Assembly: GCA_043747615.1 (NCBI GenBank)
Contig: JAYTOU010000079.1
Location: 1 to 52,227, forward strand
Reading direction: 5' to 3'
DNA: 52,227 bases
Source of the DNA: Myxococcales bacterium
GTDB taxonomy: Bacteria; Myxococcota_A; Polyangia; Polyangiales; Polyangiaceae
Below are positions 1-7,797 of this stretch, one piece after another. The notes below the pieces were generated by a model, which did not search any database, was not told where the DNA came from, and saw nothing but the letters and a program-made list of their open reading frames with translations. Made by a program: the position numbers and the translations under genes. Position 1 is the stretch's first letter. The number at the start of each line of letters is the position of its first letter.

Positions 1-1266
1 CGCTCGCGCTTTGACGAGGGTGTCCATGCCTTCACCGGTATCGATGATGTCGATCGCCACGCCTGCGGTCCCTTCCTCTTCCTTCTCGCGGACGTGGACG
101 GAGAGGGTGCCGGTCTCGCCCATGGCCTGCACTGCGTTGTCGACGAGGTTGTCGAACACCTGTCGAAGCAAGCTCGAATCACCGTAAATTCGAGCGTTTT
201 GCAGATCCACCTTGGTCTCGACGGAGATGCCCTTTTCGTTCCGAGCAAGGCGAAGTGCGCGCTCGAGGAGGTCGGCGAGGGGCACATCCGATTTTTGAAC
301 GTTGACCGGTCGCGCATAGCGCAGGAGATCGGAGACCAGTCGATTGAGCCGCACCGTCTCTTCGTCGAGGATCGTGAGGAGCGTCGCGTGATCTTCGCGG
401 GTGAGGGTCGTCTTCCGGAGGCCGGCGACGGCATTGGAGATCACGGCCAGAGGATTGCGCACCTCGTGAGCGACGACCGCGGCGAGCTCGCCCACCACCG
501 CCAGCTGCTCTTTCCGCACGAGCTCTTCCTGCGTGGTCCGGAGATCCTCGTAGGAGCGCTGAAGCTCCATGGTCGCTCGTGAGAGCTCGACGGTCCGGCT
601 GTCGAGGTCGCTGGCGAGGATCGCGTAGCGCACGCTGAAGCTGGCCGTGATTCCGATGGCGAAGGCGAAAAATCCCAGTTGCCCGACGTGGAGTGTGCGG
701 GGGCCGGATTGCGCGAAAAAAGCGTTCGCGGTGACCGCGAGCAGAAGGGCCGTTCCCACCACCGCGGGAAGGGCGTCGCGTCTTCGATCGACGAGCGCCT
801 GGACGAGAAGCTGAAGACCGGCGGTCATCCCGATGGCCGCGAGGCCGATGAACGATCGCCCGAAAGGCGAAAGTGGCGCATCGAAGAACGCCAGCCGAAA
901 ATCCGCGCCGGTACCGCCGCTCTCGAGGAGGAGCCCTCGCGCGTTGAGGAACGCGTAAAGTGCCGCGATGGCGTAGGCAGGCACAAGCCACAGCGCCGGC
1001 TTCGCGACGCGGGCGTAGGAGACGCAGTAGTGGAGTGCGAATGCGAAGGCGAGAATGACTCCGAGCCCCGCGAGCCTGTTGGGAACCGCCACGCCCGGAT
1101 GGACTCCGCGGCGTGCGAACTCCACGGCGCAGAGGGTGGAGCAATACAGCGAGTACGTCGCGTACTCCCGATCTCCCTCGCGTCGGCGCGCCAACCAAAA
1201 CGCGGTGCACGCGAAAAACGCGTAGACCGTGATCAGCGCGTCGATGATGTCCGGCGGCGACTCCAA
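1..1266 (-). CDS. Membrane-bound sensor histidine kinase (multi-TM N-terminus, HisKA + HATPase_c); 3' end runs off the window
   Basis: Hand-translated open frame from TTG at 1266 to base 1, absent from the ORF track because it has no stop in the window. Hydrophobic N-terminal helices, H-box GELAAVVAHEVRNPL, N-box RQVFDNLVDNA, G1 box DTGEGM. Confidence 0.9.
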   Translation of the reverse strand, partial: MESPPDIIDALITVYAFFACTAFWLARRREGDREYATYSLYCSTLCAVEFARRGVHPGVAVPNRLAGLGVILAFAFALHYCVSYARVAKPALWLVPAYAIAALYAFLNARGLLLESGGTGADFRLAFFDAPLSPFGRSFIGLAAIGMTAGLQLLVQALVDRRRDALPAVVGTALLLAVTANAFFAQSGPRTLHVGQLGFFAFAIGITASFSVRYAILASDLDSRTVELSRATMELQRSYEDLRTTQEELVRKEQLAVVGELAAVVAHEVRNPLAVISNAVAGLRKTTLTREDHATLLTILDEETVRLNRLVSDLLRYARPVNVQKSDVPLADLLERALRLARNEKGISVETKVDLQNARIYGDSSLLRQVFDNLVDNAVQAMGETGTLSVHVREKEEEGTAGVAIDIIDTGEGMDTLVKARA

Positions 1267-1293
1267 GATGCGGTCTTGGTTCTACTCCGAATA

Positions 1294-2334
1294 CTACTTC
1301 TTAGGGGCGGGTGTCATCGGGCCGGGCGCGGGCTTCGGCGTCGGCTTCGCGCTGCCCGTCGGAGCCGGAGGATGAGCCGCGCCGGCGTCACCCATGGCGG
1401 CACCCATGTTCATGCCGGGCATCGGCTCGGCAACCGCGTCGTGATCGATCTTGATCGAGCGCGTCGTCGAGTTCCACACGCCGGGGAGCGGGTTGTTGTC
1501 CGCGCCGACGAGCTCGAGCTTCACCGTGTACGAGCCGTTCTGGAGGTTGTCGAGGTAGTACGGCGTACCAAACTTGTCGTCGTGGGCGGTGAGCTCTTTG
1601 TCGACCCCGGGGCCGGTGACCGCGATGTGCACGTGATCTTTTCCGTCGGCCAGCGTGTCGTTAGCGAGCTGGAAATCGACGAGCACGTGGTTCGCCATCT
1701 CGCCTTTGTACTCACCCTTGGGGCGGCTGTAGATCAGCATCGGCTTGGCGAGATCGACGGTGGCTGTCCCCTTTTTGCCGACGTAAAATTCGATGATCGC
1801 AAGCGCGCCCTTCGTTTTGACGGACTCGTGATTGGGCCGGCTCGGGAAGGCGACGAGCACGTGCTGACCCTCGGCGAGCACATCGCCCGCAGCGGTGAGC
1901 TCAGAGAGCTTCACGGGGACCTTCGGATCGTAGACCGCCTTGTACGGTTTGTTGTCGAGGATGAGGTGGACGTGCGAGCTGCCGGTCGCGGTCTGCCAGT
2001 TTTTCACATCGAGCTTCACGGCGAAGTCGGCTGCCTTGTCGGCAGGAACGACTTGACCCTTCGTGGGCGTAGTAAACTTCACCGTGGGAAGGGGCGCGGG
2101 GTCGGGGCTCGCCGCTCCCGCTGTGAGAGTCACTGGAGGCGCGGGCGGCGGCGCCGGCTTGGGCTCTTCGCTCGCAGATGCAGACGGCGCAGCAGAGGCG
2201 ACCGGCGGCGGCGGCGGCGGCGGCGGGGGAGGCGGCGGAAGATTTTCGTTTCCGCCTCCGCAGGCGAGGAGGACGCCCGACAGGCCGAGGCCGAAAATTA
2301 CGCTGAATCCGAGCAACTTTCGCGTACGCGTCAT
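1294..2334 (-). CDS. Proline-rich lipoprotein with a conserved His-containing domain of unknown function
   Basis: Signal peptide with lipobox (VLLAC), P12 run, then HVHLILDNKPY...HVLVAFPSRPNHESVK...YSRPKG. Start taken at the MTRTRK ATG. Confidence 0.8.
   Translation of the reverse strand: MTRTRKLLGFSVIFGLGLSGVLLACGGGNENLPPPPPPPPPPPPVASAAPSASASEEPKPAPPPAPPVTLTAGAASPDPAPLPTVKFTTPTKGQVVPADKAADFAVKLDVKNWQTATGSSHVHLILDNKPYKAVYDPKVPVKLSELTAAGDVLAEGQHVLVAFPSRPNHESVKTKGALAIIEFYVGKKGTATVDLAKPMLIYSRPKGEYKGEMANHVLVDFQLANDTLADGKDHVHIAVTGPGVDKELTAHDDKFGTPYYLDNLQNGSYTVKLELVGADNNPLPGVWNSTTRSIKIDHDAVAEPMPGMNMGAAMGDAGAAHPPAPTGSAKPTPKPAPGPMTPAPKK
2203..2238 (-). repeat. (CCG)8-led tract encoding 12 consecutive prolines
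   Basis: cgg x8 then ggg agg cgg cgg on the + strand. Confidence 0.9.
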
Positions 2335-2475
2335 GGGGTCACTCCGTCGTCTGGTTCGCTGATGGGTTGATGAGCGAGCGCACCATCGCAACAGAGTGTG
2401 CACGGTGCAATTGAATTCTGATCCTCGCCGCGTGGCTCTGCTTCACTTAGATGCTGTGCGGAGTAAGATTGAAAA

Positions 2476-2802
2476 ATGCCCCATCGCGAACGCTATCTCT
2501 TCGTGTGCATCAACCGTCGCGAAGCAGGAAATCCGAAAGGATCGTGCGCGGAGAAAGGCTCCGAGGCCGTGGTGAAAAAACTGAAAGAGGCGCTCGTCAA
2601 GTACGGAGCCGCGCGGACGGTGCGCGCCTGTTCGACGAGCTGCCTCGATCTCTGTGAGGAGGGGATCGCGATCGTGCAGGAGCCTGATCACGTGGCGTAC
2701 GGGGGCGTGACGATCGAAGACGTAGACGACATCGCCTTGGCCGCGTCGCAGGGCAGGATCGTCGAGCGACTCGTCGTTCATCCCGCGCGGGAGAAGGCCT
2801 GA
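2476..2802 (+). CDS. Thioredoxin-like [2Fe-2S] ferredoxin
   Basis: FVCxxxR...GSC...CLDLCEEG...YGGVTxED pattern, 108 aa. Confidence 0.85.
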   Translation: MPHRERYLFVCINRREAGNPKGSCAEKGSEAVVKKLKEALVKYGAARTVRACSTSCLDLCEEGIAIVQEPDHVAYGGVTIEDVDDIALAASQGRIVERLVVHPAREKA

Positions 2803-3248
2803 TGTTGGGATTCCAGTTTTTTGAGACGATGCGCGGGACCTACCACCTCTTCAGCACCCCCATCGACGAGCTCCCCATGGAGTTCTCGATCCAGGTCGAA
2901 GGGAAGGGGATGCGACGCTTCTCGAAGGAGAAAATGGCGCGGATCCACGGTCATGTGAACATGGCCGGCTTGGCGAAACACGCCGCGCTCGAGGGGCTCC
3001 TCGGCTTCAAGCTCCTCGAAGAGCGTCGTCTCACCTACGAGTTTTCTTTCGAGGGCGACGACCACCAGCGCTACCGCTTTCGCGGCCAGAAGGAGTACTC
3101 GGTCTTTCGCCTTACGGACTCGGTGTCTCTTCTCCCGGCAAGCATCTACGACGCGAACGATGTCGAGATCGGGCGCGCCGTGCTCCGCTTCGATCTGCGC
3201 GGAGACACGAAGGGGTTGCTGAAATCATTTCGGCTGAAGTTCGCCTGA
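2802..3248 (+). CDS. Hypothetical beta-rich protein (FxETMxG start, resembling the accessory domain of some cholesterol-oxidase-like flavoproteins)
   Basis: Start overlaps the ferredoxin stop; plausible coding pattern; domain resemblance from memory only. Confidence 0.7.
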   Translation: MLGFQFFETMRGTYHLFSTPIDELPMEFSIQVEGKGMRRFSKEKMARIHGHVNMAGLAKHAALEGLLGFKLLEERRLTYEFSFEGDDHQRYRFRGQKEYSVFRLTDSVSLLPASIYDANDVEIGRAVLRFDLRGDTKGLLKSFRLKFA

Positions 3249-3272
3249 CCGAAGCAAAAGGAGGATCGAGCG

Positions 3273-3830
3273 ATGGAGCGTCTGAACCCCGCGCGCAGCG
3301 TTCTCATGATCGTCGACGTGCAAGAGAGGCTCGCGTCGGCCATGCCTCCCCATGCCATGGAGCTCCTCGTGAAGAACACCGAGCTTCTTCTGGAGGCGGC
3401 GAAGCTCCTCGGCGTGCGCGTGATTGCGAGTGAGCAATATCCAAAGGGTCTAGGGCCAACCGTTGCTCCCCTCCTCACGCGCCTCACTGCGATGAGCGCA
3501 GCGCCGACCCACAAGCTCACCTTCGACGCGTGCGCAGAGTCGCGCATTTCGAAGATGCTGGCCGACGTCGATCCGCGCGCGGTGGTGGTCGTCGGGATGG
3601 AGACGCACGTCTGCGTTTTTCAGACCGCGCGTGAGCTCGTTCGCCGCGGAATCTCAACGTACGTCGTCGCCGATGCCGTCGCGTCCCGCCGTGAGGAGCA
3701 CCGTCAGATGGGCCTCGCCCTCGCCGAACGGGCCGGAGCCATCCCCACCGTCGCCGAAGCGGTGGTCTTCGACTGGTTGGAAAAAGCGGGAACGGAGCCA
3801 TTCAAGGCACTTTCGAAGCTCATGCGTTGA
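3273..3830 (+). CDS. Isochorismatase-family cysteine hydrolase
   Basis: IVDVQERL, SEQYPKGLG, HKLTFD, GMETHVCV (D-K-C triad); RBS aggagg upstream. Confidence 0.9.
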   Translation: MERLNPARSVLMIVDVQERLASAMPPHAMELLVKNTELLLEAAKLLGVRVIASEQYPKGLGPTVAPLLTRLTAMSAAPTHKLTFDACAESRISKMLADVDPRAVVVVGMETHVCVFQTARELVRRGISTYVVADAVASRREEHRQMGLALAERAGAIPTVAEAVVFDWLEKAGTEPFKALSKLMR

Positions 3831-3882
3831 CAAGTCGTCCCGCGAAGTTGACGTTGTGTCGAGCTTCGGTCACGCTGTCACT

Positions 3883-5268
3883 ATGTTTGGCCACATGCCG
3901 GTCGAGTCCTCCGCCGACGCCATCACCGTTCTCGTGGTCGACGACGAGCGCTCCAACATCGAGTCGCTCGAAAAGATTTTCGTGCGCGAAGGAATGCGGG
4001 TGCTCACGGCGAACGACGCCAAGCAAGCGCTGGAGCAGGCGCGCACCCATCGCGTCCATGTAGTCCTCACCGATCTCATGATGCCTGGCACGACGGGCCT
4101 AGAGCTCCTTCGCGCGCTCAAGCAAGTCGCACCGGAGGTGGAGGTGGTTCTGATGACCGCGTTCGGTTCCGTCGAAGCCGCCGTGAGCGCGATGCGCGAA
4201 GGAGCTTACGACTTCGTCGAAAAGCCGCTGAAGCGGATGACGATCGTGAAGAGCGTGCGCAAGGCCGCAGAGAGGCAGAAGCTCGTCGCCGAGAACCGCT
4301 CCCTCAAAAACGAGATCAAGCTCCTCACCAAGCGAGAGATCGTCGGCAGCTCTCCGGCGTGGCGGCGGGTGATCGATGTGTCCACCCAGGCGGCGCCGAG
4401 CATGGCCACCGTCCTTGTCCTCGGCGAGAGCGGCACCGGCAAAGAGCTCCTCGCCCGCTACATCCACGAGCGCAGCGCACGCGCGAAGGGGCCTTTTTTG
4501 GCGGTCAATTGCGCCGCTATTCCGGAGACGATCCTCGAGAGTGAGCTCTTCGGTCACGAGCGCGGCGCCTTCACCGGAGCGAACGCCAAGAAGGACGGGC
4601 GCTTCGCCAAGGCCTCGGGGGGCACGCTCTTCCTCGACGAAATCGGGGAGCTCTCCCTCGCCGTGCAGGTCAAGCTTCTGCGCGTTCTCCAGGAGGGAGA
4701 GTACGAGCCGCTCGGAGGCAACACCGTGCGGGCCGACGTGCGCGTGGTCGCGGCGACGAACCGGGATCTTCTGGCCGAGGTCCAGGCCGGCCGCTTTCGC
4801 GAAGATCTCTACTACCGACTGAACGTGATCTCGGTCACTGCTCCACCACTTCGCGCGCGGCGCGAGGACGTGCCGCTCCTCGTTGATCACTTTCTGGGCC
4901 TTTATTGCGCTAAAAATGGGCGTCCGCGTCTCAGCCCAACCCGCGGTGCGCTCGAGCGCATGGTGGACTACGGCTGGCCGGGCAACGTGCGCGAGCTCGA
5001 GAACGTAATCGAGCGCGCCGTCGTCCTATCGCGAAATGACGCGCTCACCGAACAAGATCTTCCGGACGCGATCGTCAACGCGGCGCCCGCGGCTCCCACC
5101 GCGCTTACCTTCGAGATTGGGACCACCCTCGACGAGATCGAGAGCCGGGTGATCAAGGAGACGCTTCGTCACACCAAGGGCGACAAATCCGTCGCTGCCC
5201 AGCTCCTCGGCATCTCGACGCGCACGATCTACCGCAAGCTCGACGGCGTGATCACGAGCGATGCATGA
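3883..5268 (+). CDS. Sigma54-dependent response regulator (NtrC/Fis family: REC-AAA+-HTH)
   Basis: VLVVDDE...TDLMMPG receiver, [40 protein letters not shown]-terminal HTH. Start is 3883 or 3895. Confidence 0.95.
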   Translation: MFGHMPVESSADAITVLVVDDERSNIESLEKIFVREGMRVLTANDAKQALEQARTHRVHVVLTDLMMPGTTGLELLRALKQVAPEVEVVLMTAFGSVEAAVSAMREGAYDFVEKPLKRMTIVKSVRKAAERQKLVAENRSLKNEIKLLTKREIVGSSPAWRRVIDVSTQAAPSMATVLVLGESGTGKELLARYIHERSARAKGPFLAVNCAAIPETILESELFGHERGAFTGANAKKDGRFAKASGGTLFLDEIGELSLAVQVKLLRVLQEGEYEPLGGNTVRADVRVVAATNRDLLAEVQAGRFREDLYYRLNVISVTAPPLRARREDVPLLVDHFLGLYCAKNGRPRLSPTRGALERMVDYGWPGNVRELENVIERAVVLSRNDALTEQDLPDAIVNAAPAAPTALTFEIGTTLDEIESRVIKETLRHTKGDKSVAAQLLGISTRTIYRKLDGVITSDA

Positions 5269-6298
5269 TCTTCATGATCGCGCTGCGCATCGGAGAAAAT
5301 AGGGGTACTTCCGGCGAGCGCTCGAGGCACACCAGTAGCTCTTTCAGATCGTCCTGAAGGGGCGTGGCGGCGGGGCCGAGCTCTGCAACCACCTCGAGCA
5401 CCTGGCCGAGAAGAGGCCATCGGTGCGGATCGGAAGAGAGCGAGCGCAGGTGCCGCGCGAGGTAACGAACGAGCGGCCCCGGCGCCGACTTCATGGCCGC
5501 GCTTGCCGGGACGGAGGCGAACGCCCGGTCGCGCGCGCGCATGCGGGCCATCCACGCCGGCACGTCGGCGGGTATGTTCTGCGCGGAAGGAAAGCCGCTC
5601 ACCGTTTCCGTTCCGGTGGTCTCTCGACTGCTCACCGCCAACGCGAGCAAGTGACGGAACGCCAACGCAGCGCAGGCGGGATCATCCAGAAGCGCTGAAA
5701 TGGCCGGGAAAAGAGCGTCTTTTCCGGAGTCGAGGCGGCTAAGGGCGATGTCGCCGGCGAGCGTGATCTTCTCGTCGGCGAGCGTGAGCAGCTGGGCGAT
5801 CGACGTCTTCGAGTCGAGATGGAGCGCGTGCCACGTGGAGACGAGTGACGCGAGCGGGGTCTTGCCGATGTGCTCGCTTCCGCGCGGGGGAGGGTTTCTA
5901 GGAGCGCCCGCCTCGCGGATCCGCCACTCGATCGATCGCGAGCGCTGCACCATGACCGCATCTTTCTCAGCGGCTTCGAGATCCTTCGTGCTCCACACTC
6001 GCGTGCTCGCCGCTAGAAAATAGTACGTGTCGCGCGGCGCGTTACCTCCCGCCGCCCCCGAGCGAAGGCTACGGCGAGCCCAACCGCGCAGCCACGCCGC
6101 AAGATCAGGGGGCAAGTCGAGCAAGCGATAGCCCATCGCGACGTCAGGTCCCCGGCCTGGCTTCGTGGTCCGCTCCGTCGGGAGGAGGACCGCCTCGTAG
6201 GCGATGAACGCACCGCAGCGAAGGCACGACCACGGCTCGGCGACATCGAGGATGCTCCGCGCGAAGTCTTCGGGACACGCGCACGCACGCGGCCGCAT
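5252..6298 (-). CDS. Hypothetical protein (N-terminal CxC/CxxC, helical C-terminus)
   Basis: 348-aa ORF filling the gap between the regulator and the gsp promoter, overlapping the regulator 3' end by 17 bp. Confidence 0.6.
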   Translation of the reverse strand: MRPRACACPEDFARSILDVAEPWSCLRCGAFIAYEAVLLPTERTTKPGRGPDVAMGYRLLDLPPDLAAWLRGWARRSLRSGAAGGNAPRDTYYFLAASTRVWSTKDLEAAEKDAVMVQRSRSIEWRIREAGAPRNPPPRGSEHIGKTPLASLVSTWHALHLDSKTSIAQLLTLADEKITLAGDIALSRLDSGKDALFPAISALLDDPACAALAFRHLLALAVSSRETTGTETVSGFPSAQNIPADVPAWMARMRARDRAFASVPASAAMKSAPGPLVRYLARHLRSLSSDPHRWPLLGQVLEVVAELGPAATPLQDDLKELLVCLERSPEVPLFSPMRSAIMKIMHRS

Positions 6299-6501
6299 CG
6301 CTACTCGACCTTCGAAAGACTGTGTCGCGCGAACCCCATCTGCGGCGCCTAGTCTCTCAGGTTTTTCGACGGAATTATCTGGGCTTCGGATGCATTGTCA
6401 CTTTGTCGCACACCGGGGAAGGGGAGCGAGCCGCCCGCCAAGGTGTCGAACTGCGAAGCGAGCGCACGGCGGATTTGCCGGTAATCCGCGGGATTTCCAG
6501 C

Positions 6502-6517
6502 TGGCATGGGCCTCGCT
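6502..6517 (+). promoter_or_regulatory. Putative sigma54 (-24/-12) promoter of the gsp operon
   Basis: TGGCAT-GGGCC-TCGCT has exact GG-N10-GC spacing and ends 15 bp before the gspC ATG; a sigma54 activator gene lies nearby. Confidence 0.6.
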
Positions 6518-6532
6518 TTTAGAAGCCGTAGT

Positions 6533-7489
6533 ATGGCTTTTGATCAAATCCTCAAGCGCCACTTTTGGGCGGTGATCCTCCTCCTGACGGCGCTCGCTGC
6601 GCTGCTCGGAGCGACGGGGCTTACGCAGCTCGCGGGGGCGGGCCTCGCGGCCGACGACAAGCAGCTGGCCGCTCCTCCGCTCCTCTCCAAAGCGGCACCG
6701 ATGCCCGCGGCGGTGGGTATTCACACGACGGCGGCCGATCCGATCCTGTCGCGCAATCCATTCGACTCGGTGACCGGTCCGCTCAATCGCGTGGTGGTCG
6801 AGGAGACGGCGGCGGCCGGTCCTGACTTGAGCGATCCGATGAACGCGCCTCCTTGCGATGGCGTGAAAGTCCTGATCATCGCGGCCTCCGCGGATCCGGA
6901 GTGGTCGTTCGTAGCGATGAGCACACCGAGCGATCCCAAGAGCGTCCTTCGTCGTCGCGGGGGAGAGATGGCCGGCAAGAAGGTCAACTTCATCGGCTGG
7001 GATCGGATCTGGATGACGACCGGGAGCGCGCTCTGCCAGGCAGAAATGTTCAAGCCCGCGAGCGAGGGAAAGCCGGTGGCCGCAGCACCCGCTCCGATGC
7101 CCGCAGCAGCCGCAGGCGGGCCCAGCTCGCTCGATCCTGCGATCTCGAAGGGGATCGTCCGGGTGAGCGCGAACGAGTTCAACATCGATCGCGGAGTCGT
7201 CGACAAGATCCTGGAAAATCAAGCCGATTTGATGCGCCAAGCTCGCATCGTCCCCGAGCAAGAGAACGGCAAGATGGTCGGCATTCGCCTCTTCGGCGTC
7301 CGCCCCGACACGCTCCTCGGCGTGCTCGGAATGGAGAACGGCGATCGACTGCAGACCATCAACGGCTTCGACATGACGAGCCCCGAAAAAGCCCTCGAAG
7401 CCTACGCCCGCCTCCGCACGTCGGACCACCTCACGGTGCAAGTGAACCGACGCGGTTCAAATCAAAACCTCGATTACAACATCAAGTAG
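6533..7489 (+). CDS. gspC: Type II secretion system protein C (TM, HR, PDZ)
   Basis: N-terminal TM, RNPFDS, PDZ-like GIRLFGVRPDTLLGVLGMENGD; first gene before gspD. Confidence 0.88.
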   Translation: MAFDQILKRHFWAVILLLTALAALLGATGLTQLAGAGLAADDKQLAAPPLLSKAAPMPAAVGIHTTAADPILSRNPFDSVTGPLNRVVVEETAAAGPDLSDPMNAPPCDGVKVLIIAASADPEWSFVAMSTPSDPKSVLRRRGGEMAGKKVNFIGWDRIWMTTGSALCQAEMFKPASEGKPVAAAPAPMPAAAAGGPSSLDPAISKGIVRVSANEFNIDRGVVDKILENQADLMRQARIVPEQENGKMVGIRLFGVRPDTLLGVLGMENGDRLQTINGFDMTSPEKALEAYARLRTSDHLTVQVNRRGSNQNLDYNIK

Positions 7490-7513
7490 CGCCTTGAACG
7501 ACGAACGGACGGA

Positions 7514-7786
7514 ATGGAGTCGCACATGATTGAGGAAGGCTTGTTGAAGAAGACGATGACGACCGTGGCAGCGATGCTCGGAGCGTGGTTCGTTCTCATC
7601 GGGCTGCTCAGCGTGCTCACGGCCTTCGTGATCGGCAAGATCGCTTCGCCCACCACTGTCGAGAACGCCACGGTGCCCGCTGCCGGCGCCGCTGCCGTCG
7701 ACAAAAATATCCCACCTGCTCACCCTGCTTCGGGCATGCGCCCGATCAAGTCTGCCATCAGCCCGAAGTCTCCGACGGAGATCTGA
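7514..7786 (+). CDS. Small single-TM protein in the gsp operon
   Basis: 90 aa, one hydrophobic helix, Pro/Ala tail; tightly packed between gspC and gspD. Confidence 0.6.
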   Translation: MESHMIEEGLLKKTMTTVAAMLGAWFVLIGLLSVLTAFVIGKIASPTTVENATVPAAGAAAVDKNIPPAHPASGMRPIKSAISPKSPTEI

Positions 7787-7797
7787 CCTTATCCCTC

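Noticed and set aside
690..725. Suspected frameshift in the sensor kinase at the G5/A6 runs
   Set aside because: A recount shows the frame is continuous from 1266 to 1.
179..1210. 343-aa minus-strand ORF from the track
   Set aside because: Wrong frame; the real kinase is a different minus-strand frame that runs off the window.
679..2370. 563-aa plus-strand ORF, and similar long antisense ORFs (8896-10605, 10488-11618, 35554-36756, 38919-40451)
   Set aside because: Shadow frames of real opposite-strand genes in high-GC DNA; Arg-rich and without recognisable motifs.
2380..2420. Sigma54-like or palindromic operator in the divergent intergenic region
   Set aside because: Lacks the GG at -24 with correct spacing; the palindromes are too short to be significant.
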